From: Eledone cirrhosa
Taxonomy: Eukaryota
Direction of reading: 5' to 3'
Assembly: GCA_964016885.1 (NCBI GenBank)
Contig: OZ024743.1
Location: forward strand, 300,514,001-300,578,000
Length of the DNA stretch: 64,000 bases
Numbering within the stretch: position 1 is the stretch's first letter; the number at the start of each line of letters is the position of its first letter. Positions 1 through 19,143 of the stretch are shown piece after piece. The position numbers and the translations under genes are program-made. The notes below the pieces were generated by a model that searched no databases, was not told the DNA's origin, and saw only the letters and a list, made by a program, of their open reading frames with translations.

Positions 1-3760
<3,760 letters not shown>

Positions 3761-5147
3761 TAAAAATTAGAATTGGAGCTCTGAAATAGCAATATATATA
3801 TATGGATGTATATATAATGTATTTTTCAATACACTTTATGCATAATCTGGTATAATGCTCCTTTCTCCATCTCTATTAATAATAATATTCCTAAATTATT
3901 CTTTAGTGCCTTAAATAAATGTTTCCCTCCCTCACATATCTATAGTAAAATATTTAACAAACACACTATAACATTTTCCTATTCGACATCCTCCAACATT
4001 TCCAACATTATCTCTAAACACAACAATAAAATACTAAATACTAAATCTCTTCCTTCCAACACTGAATATCATAATAATAGTAATAGTACTCCCGACGTCA
4101 TTGTAAACTCTCGGCTAATTTCTGCAAACCCAAATACAACGTCAAACACAACTTCGCTAAATGTTCTTAATCCCATTCTAAATCAAGAAACTATTATTCC
4201 TATCGCAAATAACTTCTCCAATCCAATTCCTTCTATAGATAACACTAGGTCACTCGTTAATAATCTCTCTAATCGCAATTGCAATTGCCCTGTTAAAAAT
4301 AAATGTCCTCTCAACAACCATTGTCTTGATAAAATCTTAATCTACGAATGTAAAGTTATAACTGACACCAATTCCTTCACCTGTTTTGGCTCCACTTCCA
4401 CCTCCTTTAAAGCTCGTCTTTATAATCATCATTCGTCTTTTAAATAGCAACTTAAAAGAACCAACACGGCTCTCTCAGAACTCATATGGTCCTTGAAAGA
4501 CAAAAATATTAAATATAACATCTCTTGGAAAAAGGTTTCCTCTGCTTCGGCATACTTGAACAGTTCTCTATCCAAGACTTGCAATCTCAGTCTAAATGAA
4601 AAATTTACCATTATATCTAATTTAGATTCTATAATAAATAGACGCACTGACTTGTTTTCTCTCTGCTTGCATAAATTCCAAAGAACATTCCATAAAGTCT
4701 ACAGCTAATATCCAATACTTTATCAATTTAGAATCCTTTTCTCAAAGGCACATATATATATATATATATACTTCTTTAAAAATATACCCATCTTTCTACC
4801 TTATTTCAAAGTTATTTATTATACATTATATAATACTTGTTACTCATTCTATATCACTCCTATTTATCACTTCCCTTTCTTCCTTTTCCTTTTCTTTTCT
4901 TTTTCTTTTAATTTCTAACCCCTAATCTGTACCTCTTCTCACTGTGCCTAACATAGAAACAATTATTACACAATACAATATATTCTTACTTCATATCACC
5001 TTGAAAAATCCTTCGTAAACATAAACATTTTTTTTTACGTTAAATTATTCATCCTCTATTCATTATTTTTTCTCACTTTCATCTAACTTATTCATGCTCA
5101 TCTCACAATATATCCTTACTTGCATTACTTTTGTTTTTTTAATATTA

Positions 5148-5311
5148 CATATCAACATTTTCTTTCTATCGCACATATTATTAAACCCTTAAATCTTATT
5201 CTTAATACATATTAACATTTTCTTTCCATCGCACATATTATTAAACCCTTAAATATTATTCTTAATACATATTAACATTTTCTTTTTCATCGCACTTATT
5301 ACTAAACCCTT
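5148..5311. repeat. 60-bp minisatellite, ~2.7 copies, within the PLE 3'UTR
   Basis: CATAT(T/C)AACATTTTCTTT..ATCGCAC starts at 5148, 5208 and 5268. Confidence 0.9.
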
Positions 5312-5675
5312 CAATATACAAACCTTAACTTTACATTATTTTTTCTCTTCGTTAATTTTCAAATTCTTTTAATTTATACATTATCTTCCAACGGTTTTTC
5401 AACCTCTCTATGTAAAACAATATATTTTTCTCAGTTATAAAAGCTATCTCTCTCTCTCTCTATCACCCATCTCTCCTCCTATCTCATCCTTCCTCATTAT
5501 ACTCCTCCCCCTCCACTTTTTTACTCTCATCTCCGCCTCTTTTTCATCCTTTCCACCCCCACCCCCCAACAATTTTTGTTCCCAATATCACACATCAATC
5601 TAAAACTAATTTCCATATGTTGATTTAAAACTGCACTATTCACAAGTGTTTTTTAACCTTCATATCATGTCTTCC

Positions 5676-5746
5676 TATTTTATCTGATGAAAACACAAAT
5701 ATTATTGCATGATGATGTTTGTTTTTGAAATGCGCATAATAAAATA
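5676..5746 (+). ncRNA. Type I hammerhead ribozyme, minimal palindromic helix III
   Basis: TATTTTAT-CTGATGA(5684-90)-imperfect stem II-GAAA(5727-30)-TGCGCA-TA|ATAAAATA. Perfect 8-bp helix I; helix III is the palindrome ATGCGCAT. Confidence 0.75.
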
Positions 5747-5904
5747 CATGGAACTCTTTTAACCATCTTTTGATCTTATATATTATGTATACTCCAGTCC
5801 TACAAGCTGTAGATTGCTTCTTATCCGATATCTGCATTGCTTTATTGTACTACAATAAAACTCACCTCCTACATATATATTTATATATATATATATATAT
5901 ATAA

Positions 5905-8058
5905 AGTAGAAGTGGTATTTAATTTGTTGGAAGTCCGACAAACATAAATGTTTATAACTGATTTATAACACTCAACAAGTTACTAGAGTAAATATTCAAT
6001 GATATTAAATAAATGGAAACTATATTTATGAAACCATATTAAATGACACTGGAGAAAGAGAGAGAGAAAAGTTATAAGGGGAGAAAGATAAAACAATATT
6101 ACGAGAGAGATAGAGAGAAGAGTATGTATCTTAATAGTACGTGTAGTTACGATTATTAGTTGTTTAAAATTCGTTACTAATATAATATTTATAATTATCC
6201 TACTCTACTTTTATGAACATAGCACAAAATATAATAATAGAAATTTAAAGCCTAACCAAAATAATCACAATAGCACTAATATCTCTAGCAATATCCAACA
6301 TAATAGTACCGTTCTGAATAACAACAACTCCGGAAAATCTAACTGTAGAATTAAATTAAAATGTCCTTTACAAAATAAGTGTTTAGATAAGGACGTGGTC
6401 TATAAATGTAGAGTCAAAACCAGTGATAATATATTTAACTATGTAGGTGCAACTTCTCCAGAATTTAAAAATTCGCTGGAATAATCACACATGCTCTTTC
6501 CGCAGATTTGATGAAAAATCTTCCACTTTTCTTTCAAAGCTGATATGGAACTTAAAATGCAAGAATACGGACTATTCATTAACTTAGGAAATAATTTCAA
6601 AAACACCCGCGTACTCAAACCTAGCTTCATCTAGATTCTGCAAATTGTGTATTGAGGAAATTTTTTTGTTTACTTAAATGTAAGAACGAATTTATTTAAT
6701 TCTTGTAGACATCGCCTGAATTCAACATTTAGAACTACATATAAATTATAATTACACTTATAATATTTCTACTTATTTCTATAACGATCTTATCCACTTT
6801 GTTTTAATATATTGATACCTTAAATCATATCTATAACATTTGCTAAAATTTCACTTCTTAAAGTTTCATAAAATACATACATATATAATTCGAATTTTTT
6901 TTAAATTTTAATGTTAATTTTATTTGTAATTTTAATCTTAATAATGTTTAATTCTTTATTTTTTATTTCTTTAATTGTTTATCTTTTTTAAAAATCTCTT
7001 ATCGCTTATGAATTAATTTCTTAAAAAAATGGTCTCAAATGTTTAATATTTTTTCATTATTTTTTATTATATGTATAACCACTAACTGATTTACTCTAAA
7101 TATATCTTTCAACATTTATACTTATTGTGACTAAATAGTGTCATAATAATGAATAAATAAACTAAACTGGAGTGTTTCCGTATCTTCCCATTTTAAAATA
7201 TATAAATATAAATATTCTCATTAACTCAGTTAATTTAATTTAATTTAACTTAATATTTACTTACATTAAATACAAAACCAATATCCCTCATAACTTATTA
7301 AAACAATTATCTATAACATGATATACCCCTCTATTTATTTATTTATATATTTATCTATATATTTTTTTATTTTTTTATTTATTTATTTATTTATCTACTT
7401 ATAACATAAAATATTATATTAGAAACGAATTTGGTGGGTTGGCAGTATTGGTAGAGGGTCGGACGCCATGCTTTGACGTATAGAGTTACGGCCCTTGACA
7501 TTCTGAGTTCAAATCCCGCCAGGTTAACTTTGCCTTTAACGACCGCTTACGGGGTCGATACAATAAAGTACCAGTAATGCACTGGTGAATTGCTGGCCTT
7601 GTGCCTAACGTAGAAACACTTATATTAGAAATTTAAACAACTAATGATCGTAAAGATATATACTCAGAATATATTTTCCCCAAATTAAAGTTTTATGAGT
7701 TTCATACATCTTCTCTTGTTTATTTCTTCTCTCTATCTCTCTCGTAATATTTGTTTATCTTTATCCCCTTATATCTTTTCTCTCACTCTTTCTCCAGTGT
7801 CATTTAAATTAACGGTTGTTTTTCAATTATTTACATAGTCATTTGCATATTCACATATAAGTTTGAATAATCCCTAATATATTTCCACTATCCAGTGAAT
7901 TTCCCACCCAAAAGGTATGATTTTCATTGGTATGTATCTATTTATCAAATAAACTTTGTATTTTATCTGATGAAAGCATACCAATTTTGTCTTGGTACAC
8001 ATGAAATATATATAAAATAAATATGGTTTTATAAATATAGTTTCCATTTATTTAATAT

Positions 8059-8065
<7 letters not shown>
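5905..8065 (+). mobile_element. Truncated PLE (Naiad-like GIY-YIG remnant) with inverted 5' pLTR; SINE inserted
   Basis: ~6340-6740 reads NCRIKLKCPLQNKCLDKDVVYKCRVKT..YVGATS..FK..CKLCIEE..CRH. Segment ~5995-6120 is the reverse complement of ~7727-7806 plus ~8020-8063. Decayed CTGATGA..GAAA at 7967-8006. Confidence 0.8.
7431..7620 (+). mobile_element. tRNA-derived SINE (octopus-type)
   Basis: A-box-like TGGCAGTATTGG, B-box GAGTTCAAATCCC, central GGGGTCGATACAATAAAGTACCAG, tail GGCCTTGTGCCTAACGTAGAAAC. At least five homologues in the window. Confidence 0.85.
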
Positions 8066-8098
<33 letters not shown>

Positions 8099-8136
8099 GT
8101 GTGTGTGTATATATATAAATATATTAGTTATATTGT

Positions 8137-8219
<83 letters not shown>

Positions 8220-8222
8220 TAA

Positions 8223-8253
<31 letters not shown>

Positions 8254-8261
8254 CGTATATT

Positions 8262-8720
8262 TATTGAAATAACAGATTAAAGTTTAAGCAAATAATCGCT
8301 GCTTTCACCATTAACGGGATCATCTTAAACTAATAAAGTCAATCTGTAAACGCAGAAGTGGATATTTCGAAAAAACGTTGCAACCAGAGGAAGACAGGAA
8401 GACGATACTTTGGTTCATGGAAACGTTACCTGGCAAAGAACGGGAACAAACGAATATAATACGTCATTAATAGGAGCGGTGAAAAACAATTACGCGCAAA
8501 GACAGAACCACGTTTTTGGTATAAAAGAGGTCGTAGACTAATGTTCTTTTAGGTGGTTCATAGAGACGTTCTCTGGCAATGAACGAAAAAAACGAAGATA
8601 ATACGTCATATGTGGAACGTCGAGAACAATTGTACGTAAAGATAAAACCAAGTAAATGGCATAGCAGAAGTCGTAGACTAAAATTCTAACTCGGAGACCG
8701 AATGAATCTTCGCTTCAGAG
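8262..8720 (-). mobile_element. PLE pLTR fragment, homologous to the 3' end of the 45.3-48.3 kb element
   Basis: AAATAACAGATTAAAGTTTAAGCAAA..GCTTTC matches the reverse complement of ~48255-48312 and also 645-712. Internal duplicated block ending in GTCGTAGACTAA. Confidence 0.65.
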
Positions 8721-8869
8721 TTAAGAATAAAGTAAATTAATACAATACAGAGGTAATAGAAATAAAATAAATACATACACGCATACAAGTACGTACATAC
8801 ACAAGCATACGCGAAAACACTTACGATATGTATACAAAACCACGCACATATAAATATGTGATTGTGGTT

Positions 8870-10182
<1,313 letters not shown>

Positions 10183-10196
10183 AGTCTGTGTCTGTA

Positions 10197-10286
<90 letters not shown>

Positions 10287-11186
10287 CATATATATATATA
10301 ATAAATATATTCAAGTATATATGTACATAAAACGTGTAAATTGGCAATAAATAGTACTTAACATAGAGGAAGACTACTGATATACATTGGAAATACAAAT
10401 GAACAATAAAATTATTCTAAAAATCAAACAACTCATCGATAGAAGTTGCAACAACAAATATGTTTTTGCAGAAAGAATGCGAATGAAACATAATCACTGC
10501 AAAAAGAAGAGACATACTACCGTTTAGTGACACATCAAAGAGAAATAATACTTTTCTCATAAACAAAGTCGTTGGTGATCATAAAAGTGATGATGGTAAC
10601 AGCATTCGAAACATAATTGCTAAAACAAACATATTTTATTCGATAAAATATAATTCAACCCCATCTTCGAATTATTTTATCTCAAGTTCACCAAACAGAT
10701 ACACTCGGATGCGCACAGAGACGCACACATACATATAAATACTCACTAAGCTAGATATCTATACACAGAAACACATCCTAACATGATGAACATATAACAC
10801 TAATATGAAGAGGTTGGATAAATTATATATGCCCTTATTTGGACTAACCACACTCCTTTTGATGCAGCTACTAGACTGCCAAGGCATTCGGCTCTAAGTT
10901 TCAAAATAGTTGTTGAAACGGTAGAAGCATGTGGATGTATGTGTGGGATGATTCTCTTTTTATGTTCGAGATTCAATCGTATTAATATCCTGGCAAGTAA
11001 TACAATCATCTTTGGTTCATAGCTGAATATTTTTCTTTAGATTTTCCACTAGTTAGTGTAAAGTGAGGTGTTCAAATCACAGAATGTATGACGAAAGTGA
11101 TTTCATAATTAACCTTTTTACAAAGATCATGTATACTATAAGTACTTAAATAATAGGACCACTGTGAAATTCAACAGTTGTGTTAC

Positions 11187-11247
<61 letters not shown>

Positions 11248-11256
11248 GACTATATA

Positions 11257-11327
<71 letters not shown>

Positions 11328-11328
<1 letters not shown>

Positions 11329-11767
11329 GAATAACTATTCTAAAGAAATTACGCAATAGTTATTGCCTAAACACGAGGGTGAATGTTTCACACGTTGTCC
11401 ACACGTCGCCAAACACCTATTGCATAACTGCAAGGTTCCGAACTGATTCTTTGTAATTTTATTTTCAACTAAAATCTTATTTCAACTAAAAACTTTATTT
11501 TCAACTAAAAACGGACTTTCGCAGTTATCTCCCTTACACATCTCGCCCGCATTCTAGTATTGCCTGCGTGAAGTGACCGGGTTTCTGCGCATGCGCGTTC
11601 ATACGGTTGTCCTTCCTGTTCCTATAACAATCATGCCCATTCCGAGCTGAGGATCCGCTAAGGTGACACAATTGTTCTAGGTATGGTGAACTAACTGTTG
11701 TGTAACCACTCGTCGCATGGACTGAGTGATCTACAACTACGGATATTAGCTTCCATTGTTCCACCTC
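11328..11767 (+). mobile_element. PLE 3' end (EN C-terminus and pLTR), same family as 40.5-41.9 kb
   Basis: ILKKLRNSYCLNTR matches ILKRLCNSDCLNTRNE at ~41590; pLTR aligns with 41720-41920. Decayed HHR CGAG-CTGAGGA..GACACAATTGTT near 11643-11680. Confidence 0.75.
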
Positions 11768-11794
11768 TATATATATATATAGGAACGAGTAGGA

Positions 11795-11888
11795 TCCCGA
11801 CAGCTGAGCTCAAGCCGTTTCGACGGCTAATTCTCGACTAAATGAAATTGTTTATCCTGGTACATGGATAGCCGAGCTTCTCAGGGGG
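11795..11888 (-). ncRNA. Decayed type I hammerhead in a PLE-like terminus
   Basis: Reverse complement: CCCC-CTGAGAA-gctCGGCTA...TAGCCGtc-GAAAC-GGCT tgagctc AGCT-GTC|GGGA. Helices I, II and III form but the CUGANGA box is altered. Related fragment at ~54155-54200. Confidence 0.45.
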
Positions 11889-13099
11889 TAATTCCATATA
11901 TGGTAAAAGTGATTGTCAGGAGGATTGGTCAAAAGTTTGTTGTTGAGACACGTAATTCTATCATGGCAATTTGTGGAAGGAAGGGGTAGCTGAACCTGCC
12001 AGTAGAAGAAAGAGGGAGAGGGAGGAGAGGAAACTCAGCCGTGCGTTTATAGTGCCAACCACAGCAGTCTTCTAAGGGCAGGAGGTGAAGAAAGTATACT
12101 AGGGAGGGGGAGGAGGAGGAAGTAGAAACAGTAAGTAAATCAATATGGAGTAAATATATAGAAGAATAATAAGAATGTTAAAAATATAAAAAACAATTTC
12201 TGGCTACTATTCCCTTACCACCATCATCAAGTCTCTCACTGGTACTGCTAAACTATAGAGAAGTTTACTAGGTGTGTTGGAATTATAGTGAGAGGATTTT
12301 ATGAGTTAGTAGTAATCAACCGAATCTATCTTACAGTGACGGGTCAACAAGTTGGGGGCCAACACTAAAGAAACTACTACGAAATAATAATTCAGAGTTC
12401 CGAAACTAATACGGGATAATAATTCAGAATCCCGAAAAAGAATACTAATACTATATATAAGGGTGCCGCTACGATACAGACATTCTAATACAAACTACAT
12501 AGATGCTCGTACGATATATATGAAAAATTTGATCTATTTATTTATTTATGAGATACACAAGCATATATAGATGAAAAATATCTGGGCTGCAAATATTCAT
12601 ATCATATTGTAGTTGTTTAAATAGACAGAAAAAACTTTGAATCATGTACTCTAATTTAATTAATTTGATATATAACTGTAAGTTTTATCATTTGTTGGAA
12701 TTTAGCATTACAGAAATGATGTTATACATACATCTTTTCTACATATATCTACAGTTGAAATTAAACATATTTTACTTTCGTACAGTTCAGAATTATCCAT
12801 CAAAATGTGAAGAATATCGATTATGAAATAAACAAATTTTGTTTATCTATGAAGCTTTTTCACTACTTCCGAGTTGCTACAAATGAATCAAAGAAAATAT
12901 GTTCAATACGTATATGAGGGATGAACGTAGAAACGGATAAAAAGTATCGATGGCGTAGGATGAAAAAAAGAAGGAGGAAACGAGGTGAGACAAGGAAACG
13001 AGATTTACAAGGAAAGTGAGGTGCAGGGAATGAGAGTAAATATATGAATATATCCAGACATACACATATATGTAAAGCTTTTATATTCAAATATCCACG

Positions 13100-13154
<55 letters not shown>

Positions 13155-13159
<5 letters not shown>

Positions 13160-13564
13160 TTAATTTGTTGGAAATCCAACAAATATAGATGTTTACAACA
13201 GATTTAAGCACTCGACAGTTTTCTGGAGTAAGTATTCAATTGATATTAAGTAAATGGAAACTATATTTATAATACCATGGTGATAACTTGAGATATCATG
13301 TAATATGACAGATATGATTTCAACTGAATACATTTCAGCTAATCATCAGTTTAATTAGATGACCAGTTGCTTCGAAGATAATTGACTATTAATTCCAGGG
13401 ATAACTTGAACCGTTAAGGTATATCATTCTTGGTCATGTCACATATTTATAAAACCTTTTGTATTTTATCTGATGATGGCGTACACAAATTATTGGTACC
13501 CATGAAATATATATAATAGAATAAATATGATTTTATAAATATAGCTTTCATTTATTTCATATCA

Positions 13565-13570
<6 letters not shown>
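13155..13570 (+). mobile_element. Solo PLE terminus with inverted partial pLTR (family of the 5.9-8.07 kb element)
   Basis: 13155-13278 aligns with 5915-6040; 13525-13568 is the reverse complement of ~13236-13278. Bounded by (TA)n. Confidence 0.7.
13465..13520 (+). ncRNA. Minimal type I hammerhead ribozyme
   Basis: TTTAT-CTGATGA-tgg.gtac..gtaccca-t-GAAA-TATATA-TA|ATAGA. Core boxes intact; palindromic helix III ATATATAT. Confidence 0.6.
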
Positions 13571-13619
<49 letters not shown>

Positions 13620-14125
13620 CATATATATTTACGTCCAGTTGCTTCGCAGATGATTGATTATTAGTTCGACAATTTGTTGGAATAAGTGCTGTAGGTAGCG
13701 GAGAAATCTATGAGTATGCAGGGGTGGTGAGTGGTATATATTCTAGCCATTGGAAAAAGCCAAGTGAATTATTCACCTTAAATGGTAGGATGCATCAACA
13801 AAAATACAAAGGAGATCGCCAATCAGTTCAAAGAGTATGTCTCTACAAATTCTAATTTCTACTCCCGCCACCATCAGGGACACGATTACAAAAATGTATC
13901 TAGCCCCTCACAAACAATGAACTCCAATTATGTAGGCTGACACCACAACCGATTCTGAGTTGGTGTTTCCTTATTCATAACGGTAATGCATTGATAATTC
14001 TAAGCATTCGAGAATCTACTATTCCGCATGACGAATCTGGTGGTGACAAAAACGTAGAATCAAGCTACGGTAGTCGGATCAACATATTAGCATTGAGTGT
14101 TCATCTTTACTCACCAACACAATAT

Positions 14126-14201
<76 letters not shown>

Positions 14202-14321
14202 ATAAATATAAAGATATATATATATATTATATATATATATAAATATATATATATAGAGAGAGATGGTTAGATATAGATATATACTCATGTGTGTGTTGTA
14301 TGTATATACATATATATATGT

Positions 14322-17300
14322 ATTGGCATTATCAGTAAGAAAACTTTAGATAAAATCATCCCACAGATTAAACACAAAATATACCTTAAACAATGGGGAA
14401 ATACGGGTGAAGTTATTGAATGGTTTAAGGATATCAAGGAAAACAAAAATAAAACATTTATTCAAATTGATATCAATTCATACTACACATCTATTTCCCC
14501 TATCCTATTAAATAAGGCACTAATTATGGCCATCAACAATAGTGACCTAACTAGACCCCAGATTGATGTCATACTTGCGGCCCGTAAAACCGTAATCACT
14601 TTTGAAGACCAGTTATGGACCGGCAAGCATACACATAACAATTTCGACTTAACCATGGGATCTAGTGACTCAGCGCAGGTCACTGAATTGGTGGGCCTAT
14701 ACCTACTAAACGAAATCCATAAGGACCTTCCATACCTCAAGGTGGTTTGTACAGCGATGATGCACTACTCCTTATAGACTATAAACAATTTAATATAGAA
14801 AGAACTAGAAAACTATTGCACAAGACTTTCAAAAACTATAACCTAAGTATCACCATAGACAAAAACACTAAAAACGTTAACTTCCTAGATGCTACCCTTT
14901 ACGTAGACTCTAAGATATATACACCATTCCATTAACCTAACGAAAAACTGATTTACATAGGTACCAAGTCTAACCACCCAAGATAAATATTAAACTCTAT
15001 CTCTAAAGGAATATCCAATAGAATCTCTAATCTATCTTATGACGAAACCATATTTAGCAAAAACTCACAATACTATAATCAGGCATTAGCTAGATCAGGC
15101 CTTAATAATGAGATCGAGTTCCTACCCATAAAAGCACATAGTTACAACATTATTTCGCACAATATGTCCATGAGGAAAAATAGTAATAATGATAATAACC
15201 ACACACACACTAGTCTGAAGGGTGGCAACAAACGTAACCCACACCAAGGAGGACACCAAAATACCATAAAGGGAAGCATCTCACCAGGCAAAAAAAAGAA
15301 AAATAGAAGAATAAATAATACATTATTCAACCCCTCTTTCAATCTAAACGTCTCTACCAACCTACCTAAGGCTTTCTTCTCACTCCTGGATAAAAAACTT
15401 CCCATCTGGACACAAGTACTTATAAATAAAAGTCTTATTAATAAAAACACCATTAAAATCTCCTACTCTACCACGCCTAACATAGCATACCACATAGCTA
15501 GTAGCAATAAAAGAAAAAAATAATACTTACTTCCAACAAACTAAAACACAGCAGGGGGTAAACCTTCAAAACAACGTAATATCTGCAAACCCTGATAGCA
15601 ATAGTAATAATAGTAATAGCACTAGTGAAATCAATAACACTGGTAGCGACAACCCCCATAGCCATATGCAATACCTAGCAACCATACTTCTACACAACAT
15701 AATAACCGGCAGGTTAACATCCAAAATAATTGTAACTGTAGATCTAATAGAACCTGCCCTTTAGATAAAAACTGCTTAATCAAGGACATCATATACTCAT
15801 GCACTGTCAGAACTAACAATTCTTCTGAAACCTATATAGGCTCTAGTTCGAACTGCTTCAACACCAGCTACAATTCACACCTCCATTCTTACAAAAAACA
15901 CAGTCTAGCCAACTCCACTTCACTATCTAGCTACATACACTATCTAAAAACTAGAAATAGATCTTATACACTTCAATGGGAAGTGATAGGTAAGGCTGCA
16001 TCGTACAGACCACCTAATAAATTCTGTAAACTTTGTCTACTAGAGACCCATACTATAATCTTCTCAAACCATAACCTCCTTAATAAAAAATCGGAAGTGT
16101 TTGCGTCCTGCCAGCACCGCTTTCGACACTCCTTCCAAAACTTTAAACCCAATATATAACAATGTCGGACTTGAACCCATCACCATTTCTAACACCACAC
16201 CTCAAGGGCACGCCTTACACCACGACTCCACACTCTCTGATACACCATATCTCGACACAAATCATTCCATCTATCTATAACTTTATACCCAAGAAATATC
16301 CCCATAAACACCTACTTTTGATATAATTACTTTCAATTACTTATAATTATATAGTGATACAATACAGTATATATAAACTTTAAATACTAGATACGGCAAT
16401 AAATTATATATGCAATTGTAATTAAATGTATGGAGTGATAACATTGGATATATATAAGATTAAATTATTAACATAAGAGATCTCTCTAGCTTATATGTAG
16501 AGTGCTGCAATGAATTATGTATGAATTATATATGAATTATATATGCAAGTATAACTTGATGGATAAATTAATGACATTGTAAATGAGGGATGTATTTGTC
16601 TGCCCTAGAGATGTATTTGGTTTTGCCATGCACACAGCCATACGCTGCTCCATAACTTACCAGGGGCTATGTAGATAAAACTCTAATACGTCCCCTGATA
16701 TGTTCTGAAAGTAGACTGCATTTATAGTGGACTTTGATATAAAGGTATGGCACTTTGTATGGAATATTCAATTGTAGCACTATATAATAGGGAGTAATCA
16801 ACTTAATATAGATACCTTTAGTACATCATGATAGAGTAGACTGTATTTAAAATTGAAAACTAGATATAAATATATAACCGTCTATATAAGGGGCTCAATT
16901 AAGGCGCCTTCTAATGTATGTTAGAACAATGAATTTAGTTATGAGAATCAGCTAGTTACATCCCCTTACGCATTAACTCCTCTTAATTACACATATACTT
17001 CCGGGTAATAAACCCTGTAAACTCTCACAACAGAATCAACCTATTCTATAAATTGGGATAAAATAGCACTGAGCCTCAATACGCTAAAACAATTTAATGT
17101 AATGCATCAAACATTCAATACGGAATCATCGTTACTTATGTGATGGATGTAAAAACTATATCTTTCTTTTTCTGAATGTGAAAATGGTGGTGGATACGAA
17201 AACTATAACTTTTGTTGCCTCTTATTTTTCTTTTTCTTTTTCTGCACACATAATGTTTTGTTCTATACAAAAAATACCTTACCACTACAACCACCATAAT

Positions 17301-17790
17301 ACTCTTGCTTACCCGCTTAAAGTGCTTGCATTACATGTAACACCCTGCCACACAATAATCGTATATAAAAATGAGACACACTTGCATGCTCCATGTGTAA
17401 CTAACGCATACACTACCTACTAGATCTGACTATCAAACTATCCTCTTGCATTATCTGTGTTATGTGCCGAATGTATTTTAATTTTGATTTTGATTTTGAT
17501 TTTGAATTTTAATTGATGTACAAAAGTAGTATAGTATAATATATGTCAATCCACTGCACATCAATATATATATATGTATATGTATGTCTCTTGCGTTGGA
17601 AAGGAGGTCAATTATATGTCCAAACATTGAAAAATGCTCCGAAGACTCCAAGCCTAGGTTTGGATGAAACAATTGTAAGTGAATAAATGCTTTGAACATA
17701 GCTTTGATTCTTCTGAATTCTATATAACTGCTCTGTAGAACAACTGAGCTATTTATCTTACTGGTAATAAGGTAGTAATAAATTACAGAC
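14322..17790 (+). mobile_element. 5'-truncated PLE (Naiad-like): RT, GIY-YIG, long 3'UTR
   Basis: QWGNTGEVIEWF..FIQIDINSYYTSIS..FDLTMGSSDSAQVTELVGLYLL..GGLYSDDAL..VNFLDATL; then CNCRSNRTCPLDKNCLIKDIIYSCTV..YIGSS..CKLCLLE..CQHRF (~15730-16150). Frameshifted. Decayed HHR GCT-CCGAAGA..GAAAC-AATT-GTA|AGT at 17636-17680. Confidence 0.9.
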
Positions 17791-17922
17791 CTTCACTGTT
17801 TAAGGTTTAAAATATACATAACTATAAAAAGTGTTAATATATACATAACCATAAATAGTGTTCTTAATATTATATATATATGTATGTATATAAATGTAAT
17901 CTGAGTTATTCTAATATTAATA

Positions 17923-18103
17923 ATTGTTTCTACTTTTGGCACAAGGCCAGCAATTATCCCAGTGCATTACTGGTACTTTATTTTATCGACCCCGTAAGGA
18001 TGAGATCAAAGTTAACCTCTGCGGGATTTGAACTCAGATCGTGAAAGCCCGTAACTCAATGCTGCAAAGCATTGCCTCCAACCCTCTACCGATACCACCA
18101 ACC
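17923..18103 (-). mobile_element. tRNA-derived SINE (short-tail variant)
   Basis: Reverse complement of the 7431 SINE; GGGATTTGAACTC B-box on the plus strand. Confidence 0.85.
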
Positions 18104-18111
18104 GAATATTA

Positions 18112-18330
18112 ATATTGGTTTCTTATATAGGCACAAGGCCTGTAATTTGGGAGGAAGGGAAAGTCGATTAAGTCGATTAAATCGACCCCAGTGCGTGACT
18201 GGTACTTTATTTTATCGACCCCGTAAGGATGAAAGGCAAAGTTAACCTCGACGGGATTTGAACTCAGAATGGCAAGGGCCGTAACTCTATGTTGCAAAGC
18301 ATGGCGTCCGACCCGCTACCGATACTGGCA
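18112..18330 (-). mobile_element. tRNA-derived SINE (long variant), tandem with the previous copy
   Basis: Same head and central domain plus an extra GGGGTCGATTTAATCGACTT..CCCTTCCTCCCAAA segment before the tail. Confidence 0.85.
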
Positions 18331-18423
18331 ATAAAATTCGATTCGTTTGCAATTATGCAAACAAGCCTCACTTTTAAAGCCATGTCAGTAGAATGAACCC
18401 TTGTTTTGGTATGTAAACAGAAG

Positions 18424-18466
18424 TGTAGACAGTAGTGTTTCTGGGTATCACCCTTCATCAGTATAG
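18424..18466 (-). ncRNA. Minimal hammerhead-like motif
   Basis: Reverse complement: TA-CTGATGA-aGGGTgatACCCa-GAAAC-actact-GTC|TA. Core intact; helix I only 2 bp. Confidence 0.4.
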
Positions 18467-18739
18467 TTCACTGTTCACCTGTTCACTGTGAGAGCCAGTG
18501 AAAATATATCCTATTTTCAAAAATATACATTGACTGATCGGCCTGATCTGTATATTAGCAGACTGGCCAATCAGTCAGATCTGCATATTAGCAGCTCCAC
18601 TGATCAGTAGACTGGCTAGTCAGTTTCCTGTATACGTACGATAAATGGACGGCTTTCGAATGTTATTATTAATATTCGAAAAACTCAGATATAGTGTATT
18701 TACAGCGCAAATTTCTTTTTTTTTTTATTAATATAGATC

Positions 18740-18808
<69 letters not shown>

Positions 18809-19066
18809 AAGGTATATATTGAGTTAGGAACTTAAAATAGTCTCTTACAACAAAATAGCTCTAAGAAAGAGATATTTCCGAGCCGTATATTATAATAGAA
18901 TATAAAAGAAAAGCGAATCCAGACGTATACATACATGTGTTAAAAAGGTAAGGGACCAGATTCGCTAAGGTGAAAAGAATACTAACTTTAGACAATTGGG
19001 TTTGCTTGTCTCAATTTAAGAAAAATTCAAGAAACTAAATACAAACCCGAATTGTGGTAACTACCA

Positions 19067-19143
19067 ATCACCCAGACAACTTGGTGTTGTTTCGCAAAAT
19101 TAATTGTGATAGAATTACCAATTTATGCTCATCAGTGGGTGAT
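19067..19143 (-). ncRNA. Canonical type I hammerhead ribozyme
   Basis: Reverse complement: ATCACCCA-CTGATGA-GCA..TGC-GAAAC-AAC accaa GTT-GTC|TGGGTGAT. 8-bp helix I, G10.1-C11.1 pair, 5-bp helix III, GUC cleavage triplet. Confidence 0.9.

Larger units (their letters stand above)
3770..5870 (+). mobile_element. 5'-truncated Penelope-like element (Naiad-like): RT C-terminus, GIY-YIG endonuclease, 3'UTR/pLTR
   Basis: ~3840-4708 translates to [111 protein letters not shown] with one stop. HHR at 5676. Flanked by (TA)n. Confidence 0.9.

Noticed and set aside
5148-5311. Regular 60-bp repeats as a possible CRISPR-like array
   Set aside because: No unique spacers; a plain minisatellite in eukaryotic DNA.
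7431-7530. tRNA gene suggested by A/B boxes
   Set aside because: No cloverleaf; it is the head of a dispersed SINE.
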